This document shows, piece after piece, positions 1-14,600 of a stretch of DNA of 64,000 nt (its first letter is position 1; every line of letters begins with the position of its first letter). The notes beneath the pieces were generated by a model. That model did not search any database. It saw only the letters and a program-made list of their open reading frames with translations, and had not been told where the DNA came from. A program made the position numbers and the translations under genes. This DNA comes from Styela clava (taxonomy: Eukaryota): positions 10,478,001 to 10,542,000 of the forward strand of contig NC_135264.1 in assembly GCF_964204865.1 (NCBI RefSeq). Direction: 5' to 3'.

Positions 1-285
1 TGTCCAAAAATTAAAAAACTTCAACAAAAATATTCTTTTACATGTTGAGAGGGGAGCGATATTTTGGATAAACAATTGGATCTTTATTCAGCAAGGGTAT
101 ACGGATTGTTAAACTAGGTGAATATGACAAAAGCAGACTTCAGAAAAAGCTGAGAAAAACTTGTGATGGGTATAAGTATAACAACATTCTGCATTTTTCG
201 CTATCATTTTTAAAATTAGAATACACTAACTTATTCTATAATAATTTTTGTTACATGGAAATAGGTAACTTTTATTTGTTACGGT

Positions 286-1354
286 TAGGGCTGTCCAAGC
301 GAACCAAATATTCGAAATAGAATCGAATCGCAAATTATTCGAATCGTTTTTCGGCTAATTTTCGAATCGCTAAAATTAGGTACCGGTACATAAAGCGGAA
401 ACCACCTTTACGGGATGTTTTTCATCGGGCAAGCGGCGGCGATCCGAGCTCAGACCACTCTCGCTCCCGGCTTGCTTAATTGGTTTCCCGATATTTTTCT
501 CGCCTTCATTTTGTGATAAACATGTCATTACTAATGCCCGCCCGGTGGCACGTGATTAGCCATTTCATGCGTGGTCATCATAACAAGGTATAGTCGATCG
601 TGACGTTTTTGAGAGAGAACAAGGAGAAAAAGGAGACAATTTAGAAAACGATAGTTCTATAAATAGAATCGATTTGAAGCTGTTGAGTTAGTTATCATAG
701 GAACATGGTACAGGCAACTCAAAGCTGAAACAGGTGTTTTGGGATCCTTATGATGGCAATACCTTATTTAAATGGAATTTGTAATTTCTCATGATGGCAT
801 TACTGTATTATCCATCTATATACCAAGACAAATAATTGCACTCTTGCATTTTGATGGCTGTTGTACACTAACAATATTATAGTCCTCAAATAATATTGTC
901 ATCAAACTAGCTTGGAATTTTTAAATGCAATTTTGAACTTGAGCAACAGTTTTATCTATATTGATGGTTGTTATTATTTTGCTGAAATTTACACAAAAAA
1001 ACATAAAGACTAGTGAATAGGATTAAAATAGCATCTACAAGCTTTATATGTCCTACTAAAACTGAATCCATCAAAATTGAGATTGCAATTTTTGAATAGT
1101 GCAATTTTTACTCTTAACACTCAACAGTTTTCGAGACCCAAATTTTGGAGTTCTCCAATTTTTTTGACCAGTTCATACAAGCGTGTGATCTCCTTTGATG
1201 TAACTGCACATACGTTACCACAACATCGAAGGGCAGGCGTTTATTGTATAATAGAGACAGATTTACTATTGGGCAATAATATTCGATTATTCGGTTCGAT
1301 TCGGCGAAAATATTCGATTCGAATCAAAAAATTATTCGATTTTGGACAGCCCTA
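286..1354. mobile_element. Non-autonomous hAT-type DNA transposon in a RAD51 intron
   Basis: TIRs TAGGGCTGTCCAA / TTGGACAGCCCTA. Perfect 8-bp TSD GTTACGGT at 278-285 and 1355-1362. Subterminal TTCGAA/CGAAT repeats at both ends. No transposase ORF. Confidence 0.92.
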
Positions 1355-1515
1355 GTTACGGTAGATAAAAGTGCGACTAAAATGAGAAAAATGGAATAAA
1401 ACTGTACTAAAAACTCACGCTAGTTGAATTGTGTATTACTATTAAATAAAATACAACTTATTATAGTTCAAAGAAGACATTAAAAAAAAAAAGTTTCCGC
1501 AATATAGATTCAGAC

Positions 1516-2880
<1,365 letters not shown>

Positions 2881-3620
2881 ATTTACTGAAATAAAGGTTT
2901 GCGAACGACGCCTGCGATATCTCAGAATACAGAAATACTAAAATAAGACGAGACGATTTACCAAAACAAATCTCGCGCTTTAGATCCACTGAACCATAAC
3001 AATTATTTTGACCAAACTTTTCGTAAACTTAAGAAAAAACAACGTTTAAATATAACTTGTACAGTCCTTTAGTTTGATTTAACATAGACAGACCAAATAG
3101 TCACACAAAAAAACGGTGTTCATATGTGTAAGTTTTTTTTTACAATTGTGAGATATTTCGAGTATTGTAAAAGTAATGTAGCAAACGCCGTAGGGAAGTA
3201 CTTTTCTTTTATATAAAATATTTATAAAACATTATAATAATGAACAACATAACATATTTATCATTTTTTTTATTGGCGGTTTTCAACAAAACGTCTTTTT
3301 TTACGTAATTCATAATAAATTTTCCCCGAGGATGCCAGTATCAAGAACTATGACGTACAGTTTCGATATTTATTATTTCGTGCCAGACCGTCTCGTTGTT
3401 CAGACGAGTTTCGACGCCGGAAGTTTACGTGTCCAGTTGTATTTCGCGAGATTTTTATATTGTACCAGCGTTCAGACAGCTATAACAATGTATTTTTCTT
3501 CGCAGAACAGCATGTAGTTGATAATAAAAACATATATAAACATAGCTAATTGTTACAAATTTAGGAGCACGGAATATCTTTCGTTTTATATTACTGTAGC
3601 CTATCACTTCTTCACTCGTC
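2881..3620. promoter_or_regulatory. Divergent (bidirectional) promoter region between RAD51 and SLC35B4
   Basis: The start codons face away from each other 740 bp apart. The region is locally CpG-richer, with an ETS-like CCGGAAGT (~3417) and TCGCGAGA/TCTCGCG motifs (~3444, ~2971). Confidence 0.6.
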
Positions 3621-6600
3621 ATGTTCGAAATGTATTTTGCCGTTGGAGTTCTTCTTGCCTCGTGTTGTACAAATGTAATTTTTCTTGAACACCTGATAAA
3701 GTGAGTGTATAACTTTTTTGGCTAGAGTTATTGAATTTTGATATTGTGTACCGGTATGCAGGTATGGCAGTATGGTGAATTTTATGCTTGGATGAATCTG
3801 TATTTATGATTGTAGTATTCTGTTTGTACTTACTGTTTGAAGTTTTATAGTTTGGTCTAATCTTTCTTTTCTGTAACATTGCCTATGGCATACTTTTATA
3901 TATATCACATCTTTCTGTGCTAAAGCAGCCAGAGCTTTGATTTCCCTTTGTGTTATCTGGCTAAGTTACACAGCTTTTAACTCAAACTTTGTATTTTATT
4001 TAAATAAGAATTCACTGAAATTTAACTTTCATTTTTCAGAGCTTCACCTGATAGTGGAAATATCCTGCTTTTTCTTCAATTTTCCTTTATTGCTATAGAA
4101 GGTTTTATTGCTAATCGGAAGTTCGGATGGGAAACTAGACATGTTCCTTTAAAGTATGTGGCTTTTTTGCTTTTCTTATTGTGCAAAGTAAAGAAAGACA
4201 GAATCAAATAGGCCTATCGATAAAAAAAAAAAGTTATAGCTAAACTCTACTTTGTCGTCATGATTTTACTTATATGGTGTATATTCTCAAAACAAGAAAA
4301 AAGTCTCAAGTAATTGCCTCCTATATAAAATGTAATTTTACAAGCATTTTTTTAAACTTTAATGGCTTCATACTACTTGATCACAGTCTTATCCAGAGAC
4401 ATATATCTGTATATAGAAGCACCCCAAAAAAACAAATTTTAATTGTAACAGAAAATAATTCAATTTGTCTTATATTTAGAAACTATGTTGTCATGGTTCT
4501 ACTGTTCTTCACAGCCAGTGCTACTAATAATATGGCATTAGGTTTCAATATACCAATGCCTCTTCATATGATTTTTAAATCTGTAAGTATAACAAATATG
4601 ATAATTATTATTCTTTCTATTGTTATCAAGCGAGTAGTGTGCATCATATTTACATTACCGCCCATAAAGTTTCTAAGTTGCTAAAAGATAAGTTTCTAAT
4701 TCTTAGGCACGAACATATACATACATAGATTTATGAAGTTCCTTCCATTAAAAAGCGATTATTGAAACGTCTGGTCAGTTATGGCTCCATCCACTATATG
4801 GACAGTCTATACAATTTTTTATATTTTTTTTCTCTCAGGGTTCTCTTGTAGCGAACATGTTTCTTGGTGCTTTCTTATTGAAGAGGTCGTACTCATCTCA
4901 AAAATACCTTTCAGTTGCATTTGTGTCACTGGGTATATTGATTTGCACTTATGTTACAGTAAGTTATGTTTATGAAGATTGAATGCTTGAATAATATTGC
5001 TCGACTATAATTAGCATTGACCAACTGCAGCTCTTTTTTGGATTATTGGACTTGGACATGTACGAGGCCCGGCCTATAAATTGTTTTACTCAATGTAGTT
5101 GTTTGTCTCTGATTCTAGCAGACCAATCGATATTTTAAATTTTCAACACTTTAAGATGGCTATCACCATACTTTTTTTGACATTTTCATGAATCCTACAC
5201 AGACCTCAATACTGTCCCAAATATTGAGTATTTCTCTCTTTTTTTGCTACGAATATAGCCTACCTAGTTGTATGTAGCGTGTATCATTTTTGTAATTACG
5301 TTATCTGTACGCTATGATTTTATTTTGTTATTTTGATTTCTTCATTACCATAATTTGAGATACGTATTGGCTATTTTCAAGTTTAATGGAAATTCAAATT
5401 TTAAAATAAAGTTTTCTATAACTGAATGAAGTGTGTAGCCGACAAAATGATTGACAATCATTGGATTTCCGGTACATCAATTTGAAATATGATTTTTTAT
5501 ATACTAAACATAAATTTCATATCTTTATAAGTATTGCTAATGTTGACATTATATCTAAGAGTGTTTCAAAGGCCACCACAATGTCTAGTCATTCAACTGA
5601 TGCTTCTACATTAATTGGAGTCATATTTTTGACAATTTCACTCATTGTATCTGCTGGAATGGGAATTTATCAAGAAAGTATCGCAATCAAATATGGGAAA
5701 CATCCAAGAGAAACTTTGTTTTACAATGTAAGTGATACGATTACTGAGTTATTGATTAATAGTTGTTGGACATAATCTTAATTAATAATGAGGTCGGTCA
5801 AATAATGAACGTAGGTGCCAATATCTGATGGATATTTTTTTATCATAATTCCTAAGAAACAAACATGCCTAGTTTGAGTTCACCAACTTATTTGACCTTT
5901 GACAATATATGGAACACCACTGTTCGTTATTCTCAGAAGTCTACATATGGATTGTTTGCTAAATTATTGTTGTTGCTGGGGACAAAAATGCCTTTACCAC
6001 ATTTTCTATATTTAATAATAATGAAAGAAATTGCTTGAAGGCTTTTACTTTTTTTTTGCTGTTTCACTCTGCTTTGTTTGACTTCCTCCATAAGTTTGAC
6101 CGCGGATCTTTTCAGCAAACTCTGTGATCTCAAGCCCTAAAGTACCGGTACTGATGTGCAACAATGTGTATTTATTTGAGTATTGATCTCTTGCACATTT
6201 TGAAATGAGACTCGTATTTTTCCATGATAAATACTAAAATAAAAGAGAGATCATGTATATATATTGTATTACTGCTATCTTCATTATGTTTTATTAACAG
6301 AAAATAAATTATTTTCACAGCATGCTCTACCGTTACCATTCTTCCTGCTACTCGTACCAAGCATTGCGCGGAATTTAGAAATATTCAATCAATCACCTCT
6401 TGAGCCGGTGCCATTTTTTACAAACTTTCTGAACACTGTTTCAGAGTCAGTTTTATCTTTTCAAATGAATTTAGAAATTCCAATTTTGTGGCAATACGTC
6501 ATCATCAATGTTGTGACGCAATACTTTTGCATTCGTTCCGTATTTTATCTCGTTACTGAATGCACTTCGCTAACGGTTACGCTGCTGATAACCCTACGTA

Positions 6601-6815
6601 AGTTCATATCGTTGCTGTTTTCAGTGCTGTATTTTCAGAATGATTTTACTTTTTATCATTGGATAGGGACATCATTCGTTTTCGCTGGCAGTTTAATGTA
6701 TTCGGATATTTTTAGAATAAAATCTTCTACTGTAACCACGTTTAATAACAGCAAAACATCGAAAAATGGTATTAGTAATGGGTATCACAAAAACGGTCAT
6801 ACAAAGGTGGATTGA
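3621..6815 (+). CDS. SLC35B4: UDP-xylose/UDP-GlcNAc nucleotide-sugar transporter SLC35B4
   Basis: Exons ~3621-3700, 4040-4153, 4480-4582, 4839-4958, ~5560-5727 (acceptor ambiguous) and 6321-6815. Motifs: CCTNVIFLE, GNILLFLQFSFIAIEGF, NNMALGFNIPMPLHMIFKSGSLVANM, SAGMGIYQE..KYGKHPRETLFYNHALPLP, TECTSLTVTLLITLRKFISLLFSVLYFQNDF. Confidence 0.95.
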
Positions 6816-7425
6816 ATCTTGTATTAAACCAATGCCAATGATGCCTTATCTGTTCATTATGCTTATCAACACAGTTATATTTGTGTTAGAAAATTTCTAC
6901 TTATGTGATTACCTAGAAATTATTATTATTTTTACTTTCTGCTCTTAACTATAATACGAAGATACCCTAATGTGGAAATAATTCTAACGAAGCAAAGCTG
7001 AAGCCATTTTATTATTTGTACATATTTTTGTTTTTAATATTATTATCATGTCATAAAGCACTGTGCTTATGCTAGTCTGCCAATGTAATTGTCTCTTTGA
7101 ATTAAAAGGATTGTATATACAGTCAATTGAATTAATCAATGTATTATATGGTATATTTTATGTGATATATTTATTGTATCATGCCTGGTTTGATAATGGC
7201 TTCCCACTAGGATGAGAAATTCATTATTATTAGCCTATGTATTCACATGGAGATAATTTAATATGTATAGTTTTCAATCTACATTTTATTAACTTCTTTT
7301 GTTAGTCAGTAACGTTCTTTAAAATAATATTGCACAAGAGATGTTCACTATATAACAGGAATATCTTATCAAGGTCGGCCCTCTAGGCAAATTTAACTGA
7401 CCCGCCTTGGTGGAATGTTTTATAC

Positions 7426-7681
7426 CAGGGTATGCAACAGGTGGCCCATTTAGCCAAGCCATTTAGTGTGGCACTTGTCAACAATGAAATATACTCATTA
7501 AACATAAAATCCTAATCAGACGGTTTGTTTAAAAATTTGATCACATGGGTAAAAATACATGTTTTTTGTGGCTGCGTTAAATATTGTATTGTGATAATTT
7601 TTTTTGGTTGTATAGGATACATGGAAAAGCTAGATGTCTGATGTTGGTTATATGGCCCACTGAAAAATGTTGCACACCCTG
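7426..7681. mobile_element. hAT (Charlie-like) MITE
   Basis: TIRs CAGGGTATGCAAC / GTTGCACACCCTG. 8-bp TSD TTTTATAC/TATTATAC. Internal GGCCC motifs. Confidence 0.8.
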
Positions 7682-8609
7682 TATTATACTGTCTATAAGT
7701 TGTGAATATTGTTTACCACAGATTGTCAACTCCATGCTTAACTGAATGTCACCATTATTTTAGGATCATACTATATTTATAATTAATAATAATATAACTA
7801 ATGCTACTTTCATAATCATATTCCAATAAAATTTGGCTGAAAAGAATTCTGTGTTTTAATCCAAATAGTCTTCCTCATTTTTGTATACCTGTTACCATTG
7901 TACTGGAGACTATGCAGTGATTTTTATTATGCTTTTTCCCTAATGGTATTGTACGTTGGCTAGTCCTAGCGATAAGCATAACATCTGTTAGAATTACACT
8001 CTGAATAAGCCTACTAAGTGGAGTGGATTGACAGGTTAGTATCATGAGAGTTGCACACAATGTTGGTCGGCTAATAATACTTCATACTTTACCATGCAGA
8101 AGGAACAATTAACAACTGCTTAGCTATCATCTCTATTAACAGGTATTTTTAGAAGGGGTGGTTTCAGAATTTCCAATTGCCCAGGTAGCGGGTCCTGGCG
8201 TCAAATGTGGGTTTTTCTGAGTCTTAGGGGTCAAAAAGGGGGTTCTGACCCCATACATGAAGCCTTTCTTCTCCCTAAAGATTAATTAATATATTGCATT
8301 CTCATAAGAGGTAGCTGAAATCTGTGTCACTTTCCTATCAATTCAAGCAGGCTCTTGGTAGAAGCTATTAGTATAGGGATGGATATTATTCATGTTTGAA
8401 AAATTCAATTCATGTTCATACTGGAGGTCCTTATATATCCCAGTAAAGCTGTAACACCAAATCAAATTAGCCATGTTTATTCATTGCATTGATAAGTGAT
8501 GCACCAAGTTAGAAAAGAGCAAATTTGCACTTAGTAAACAAAGACAAAGCCATTAGCACTTGAGTGAAAATAGTACAACTTTGTTAATCAACTCATTGAG
8601 TAATCATGA

Positions 8610-11600
8610 TCAACTAAAGCCATTCTCCTTTGGAAAACTGTTCATAACTTTTGATTTGACTTGTTGAAGAATTTTTTGCTGAGAAATTTCACCATCTAAT
8701 TCATTAAAATTGACTTTGATTTTTCGAAGTTCTGCAAGATACTGGATATACATTGGCCATACATGATATTCAAATATGTTAGGAGTATCCGATGGTTCAT
8801 ATTCTCTCGTCCTGAAATGATGAGATAACCCTATAATTTAGAGAAAGGATGTGCAACCTGTAATAATACAGGAAGGCCAGATACAAATGACTAAGTGAAA
8901 CCGCAGGCCACACCTTCGAACTTTTGGTTATTGATCTAAAGGAATTGGAATTACTCGCACATACTATATTATCCTAAATTAAAAACTCGTTGTTTACTAG
9001 AGATGCTTACTAGAAAGGGAAGAATAAAAAGTTTCCAAGTAGGCATAATTAGCGGGAAATAAATTGAAAAAGCTCAGGAACCAATGGGTTATTCTAATCT
9101 ATTCCATGACGTCTCCTATGACGGAAAACAATATTTAATTAAATATTGTTTGGTTGGAATCGAATCAAGTACAATTTATACTTACAATCTACGTTTTTTC
9201 GCTTCCTCCTTTGTTAGTGTGAAAACAAATCTCATATTGAATAATGAATTCAATTCCCTGAAATATAACAAATTAGTTATTTAGTAGAAGCTATTTATTG
9301 ATAGATAATCGGAACTTTATGCAGGAAACTGACCAGAGCTGAATTGCTTGAGAGACCAATTTAAAAAATTATCGAAAATTTTCTATGTTGCGAAATAGCA
9401 GAAAACTCAGGCCCATAAAATGTAAGGCTCTTGCATGGGTGAATTTCGGCTACCTGTTAAAATTGCTTAATCAACTTACTCGATTAGTTTCTGTTAGAAA
9501 TTTGAACTTTAATATCGCTATTGAACGTGTCAAATTCGAGCCGTCAACATTACGATACCAACTTTATCTTCTGTAATCATATGGGTGAGCAGGTGACGTT
9601 AAAAAGTTCTATATTTTTCAAATAATTGAAATGACCATTACCTGTGGTTGAATATCAATATTCCTTCAATAATTAGAACAGATGATTTTTCAGTGTTTTT
9701 CATTTTTTCAATAATATTTTTGACATCTTTGACCATTGTGTCCATGTCAAACGCAATCATTTCTACGAAGAAATTGGACAATCGTATATGAATGGTAAAT
9801 TTAAAACTGCTAATTACTGTTCGTATAGCAAAATAAAAACATCAAATTTTCCAACGGATAACAGTCGTCGCATATATTGTTTCAAAAATAGACCTATTAT
9901 TCTGAATATTTAAAAGCGTAATATTTCACAAAATAGTATTCTAGGATAAAGCGTTTTGTTATGAATATTTAATAGCTTGTGAAACTAGTGTTTTCCGCAG
10001 AAAAATTATTTGAATATTTTTTTGCCTACTACTAACCATCCCATCTTCCAAATTCGCCTGATTTATGTAACGGCACATCTTTCTCTTCCTAAAAAATAAA
10101 ATTGTCGGCAAGTCTGATCAATATGATAAATTATGTGTGGCTCTTACTGTATCTGTGTGTAATAGGTGAGGGTGTATGCTCTCAATTTAACAGATATTAG
10201 ATTACTTCCTGGTTTAAAAATTCATGTATATTATTTTTCGTAGGTGAAACTACAGTAAACTAGGTTCAGCATTTCAATACTAAAGGATTGACATATTTAT
10301 CCAGAGGGAGAGGAAAGCCGATAAGACGTCTCGTCCGGTTATCATTCCATGTCGGGTATGGGATTAGATAATTATTTGTTTTCGGAAGCATGGACTTGAT
10401 GGTGGAGGAAGCCGTTAACAGACCAGCGGTTACGTGAACCACCCTAAGGCAGCGAGGAGTCCAGCAATCCTAACGCTTAGCACGATGAGCCACACCACCG
10501 CGCACATTTTTTCCGACACGCTTGAAGGCAGACATGTCTATTTTCCATGTACTGTATTAAACTGGTACAATTTTTGAATCTGTTTGCATTTGCATTTTAA
10601 ATCCACTCCGAGAAATTGTGATAGTGATCAAATGTGCTTCCTCCCAAATGCATTTGCAAACCAAATTGCATCTGTGGCCACAACATTTTTTCTATTATGA
10701 AATGTATATTGTTGAAATATGCACAAAATAGAATACCTTAAAATATATGTCTTGATGTATTACAGTGACATTGAATTCTTCATTTTCTAAACAGCGACCG
10801 AGACCTTCTGCTAATGTTGTTTTACCTCCATTAGACACACTGTAAAACAAATAAAAAAATTCACACACACACACCATCTAAAAAAAGGCATGCCCCATGA
10901 CAGTGGACTATGCATAGAGGTATTATGTCACTATTTATAAATTCATTTCTTGAAAAAATACTTGTAACTGTCTGTAAGTATTAATCGGAACCTAACATAA
11001 AATGATCAAATAAAGCACAACCGGTGTTAGCAAAACGATGTAATTTCTATATTTCAACCACACATGCTGGCAAATTACATCGTTTTGCTAATACTGGTTG
11101 TGCTTTATTTATTATCGTCGACTTGCTAGGATTTAATTGTGTTATGATAGTTTATGCGCACAAAATAAGTTCGCATTTAAATTGAATAAAAATGCACATA
11201 ATATATTAAAACCTTTTCTTGTCGTAAATCAATGTTCATGATTTGTTTTATAAAAAGTTAATGGATCATTAACTTTAAAAGCTTTGGGAACCTCTGCCAT
11301 ACAGTGTAATGTAACACCAATGAGTATTAAAAATATTGAAAGGTGGTAAATTAGTAATGATCTAATGGTATGCATATACACACAATGGCCATGGCAAATT
11401 GACCTTCAAAAACGTTTATTAAAAACCGAATATCATATAAAACTAATAACATCTATTTATTTAATATTTGAAACACTATAAACCCTTAAAATGCAATAAA
11501 CTAGCATCACAAATCACAATGAATCCAAGTAAAACACCAATTAAAAATATTGATCACACAAAATATAAATGGAAATAAAAAAGCACGCAGAAAGTTGAGA

Positions 11601-14600
11601 TTCTGTGTGCTAATATGTGTTATATTACCATAAAAAACACCATAAAACATAATAAACTAGCATCACAAATCACAATGAATCTAAGCAAAACACCAATGCA
11701 ATTTAAATATTGATCATACAAGCTATGAATTAAAAATAAAATAGCACTCATAAAGGTATGATTGGGTATGATAATGTGTTTTTTTGAAAAGGCTATCTAG
11801 ATTTCTCATAGTAATCCAGAATGTTTCTCAATTTTAAAATAGTCACAGCGTATAATTTTAGTAAAATAATAGAAAATTTGATTAGGGTTATAACTATTCA
11901 AATTAGTTCACATTGATTATTATACAAAACATTTTCCAAAAAGAATTTGAGCTGAATTTTATATCAGTCCAAACATGCCCCGCATAAGTTATTTTTAATA
12001 ATATGATATTTCATTTGCAAATATACCATAGCAATTTTGAATCATCGGAATTACACTTTGACCTCCCTCCACACACACACAAGAAAAGTCTCTGCCGCAA
12101 AATTATCTCAATTATGAATTCTATCAAAAATTTTGTTTTTGAATTCTCTCTCAAGTTGGAATTACAGAGTTTTAATAATAATGGAAGAAGGTATCACTAA
12201 GTTTATTACCAAGCCTTCTTTTGATTATCAAAATTAGATTTTCTGGAGTAGAATGTAACTATTATCCACCCCCACATTGCTCGTTAAAATTGACCCCTAT
12301 ATTTGATTACCCATTGCAAATTCGTAATCAAAATTGTTCAAGTTTAAAACAAAGGGCTCTGTGTTCAATTGAAACCCTGATGAAAGTATACAGGCTGTGA
12401 AACAATGAACCAATCACAGCATATCCTTATGCACAACGTTAAAAATTGTTTAAATTTCATTAATTAAAAGTGCTGCTAAAAATATTAGCAGCCAATATAT
12501 ACATGATAAAAATTTACAACAAGAATAACGTGATTTTGACAGTGGAAAAATTAATGATTACCAGTGATTGTAAAATCAAAAAAGCAGTAAAATTCATGAG
12601 CACAAACGATATAAAAAATTGATCATCTCATTTAAATCTTCTCTTATGTTGGTCAAGCCACATAGGCAAATTTTGTGGAAATAATTTAACAACAACCATA
12701 AGTGCAATTGTATCTCCTTCAGCTGAGTGTGGTAAAAGTTGACTGTGATGAACGCCTACTTCTTTCATCAAATATTGTAATCCATTTGGTCTTCTTTCAC
12801 AAGGTTGTCTTAGTTCTCTCACACCAGTCAAGCTATCCGCACAGTAAATTTCTTTCCATATTGTTTGATCTGCCTTAACCCTATCCAAATGATTATTCAG
12901 TATTAAATAGTCAAAGGCATCTCCATTATGAGCCACAAGACAAATTGGATGTGCTTGCCTATCCAAAAATGATCTGAGAATCATTGATGTTTCATATGAA
13001 AATGGCTTTTTATTACGAACTTCTAAATTCTCTTTGTCAATTTTTGTAATTCTGGAAACTTCATTCGGAATCATGGATAAAGGATCAATGAGAATATTCA
13101 ATTTGTCTTGAACTCGAGGCACTTTTGGAAATTCACCGTATTCATGTTCCACTACCTCATTACCCAGTTCGGTAATTTGCTCGCGATCGACCGCTATCAG
13201 ACATAATTCAGTTATATTATCAGTGGTGGTGTCCAGTCCAGTTGTTTCAAGGTCCAAAAACACAAAGGTTCGAATATCATATTCATGTTCATTGGCTTGT
13301 CGGTCAGGGTCTTCATTTTGGTCAGCTGACTCTTCACCATTTTCCGTAGATTGAGTCGGAAACAGAGCTCTCGCAACTTTTTGGTCGCGAGGTAACACAT
13401 CTGAAAATTTCATGATTGATACTACGTTAATGAATTGATCTGGAATACTATCCACAAGTTGCATTAGGCATGTCGCATATTGCTCGGCTGTGTACGTCTC
13501 CATCGGCATACGCTTTTTCAAGTATCGTAGATACAAGCTTTCCATTGAGTAGTCGATCGCATCTAATGTCGTTTCATGCATTTTATGTTGATCAGGTGCA
13601 TCCAAATCTTGGCACGCAGTTGCAGTGTCTGCAATCCATAAATTTTCTTCTTCCATTGCAAAAAGTGACATTTGTAACGCAGTGATTTCGCTTTTGAGAG
13701 CTGGGAAATCCATAAGAAACCCATGATGAGCTACAAAACAAATAGGCCGGTTTTGACGCTTTAAAAATTCATTTATAAGAAGCACTGATGATCTGTCGAA
13801 TGGTTTTTTATGAGAACCTTGAATCCTTTTCCAATCAAGGTTAGATCTTGCAGCCGAGTGAAGATTCAAAGGTTTTTGGGTGTCAAAGCACAAAACTAAT
13901 TTGTCTATATATCTTTTCATTTTTCTGGTATTATTACTTGTATTATCACCATCGCCATGATCAGTCAAGTCTCTTTTGTGAACAGCAATCATAGCAACCT
14001 CAACAATCTGTGGGTTGTTCACATCATTCAAGTGTACTTTTGTAAAAATAAATGTTTTCATATCTTTTCCCTTGTCATAGCTAAGCTTCGCTTTGAGAGG
14101 TGAAGTAACACATCTTTGTGCTGCCTGCTGGGACATTACGGTAACTACCTTTTAATTTAGATTACAAATCAACTTACAGTCACAACTTATAATCAACTGA
14201 AGTTTGGAAGTATACAGATATATTCAGTATTAGAAAACAATAGTCACAATCACAAATACTAGTGTTATTCAGCGGATTGAAAAAATGGAACATTAAATAT
14301 ATTGGATTATACTATATTATACAGTTTTGCACATATATACATTTAATGTCTATACACGACATCTTAATCGTTATCATACAATTTTTAGTCCGATAATACA
14401 CAGCATTAATTTTATAAAATAGCACCGCACTAGGTGACAATCTACATAACAGTCCCGGTCATTTCGCAGCATTGCGACGTTACCAGCTAATAATAAATTA
14501 GCTGCTATGCGCTCAAACAGAGTGACATGGAAAATATGGCAGTTATCAATTTGTTATCGCCTCCAGCCTATTCATAACACGACGAAAAGCAGAACTTGCA

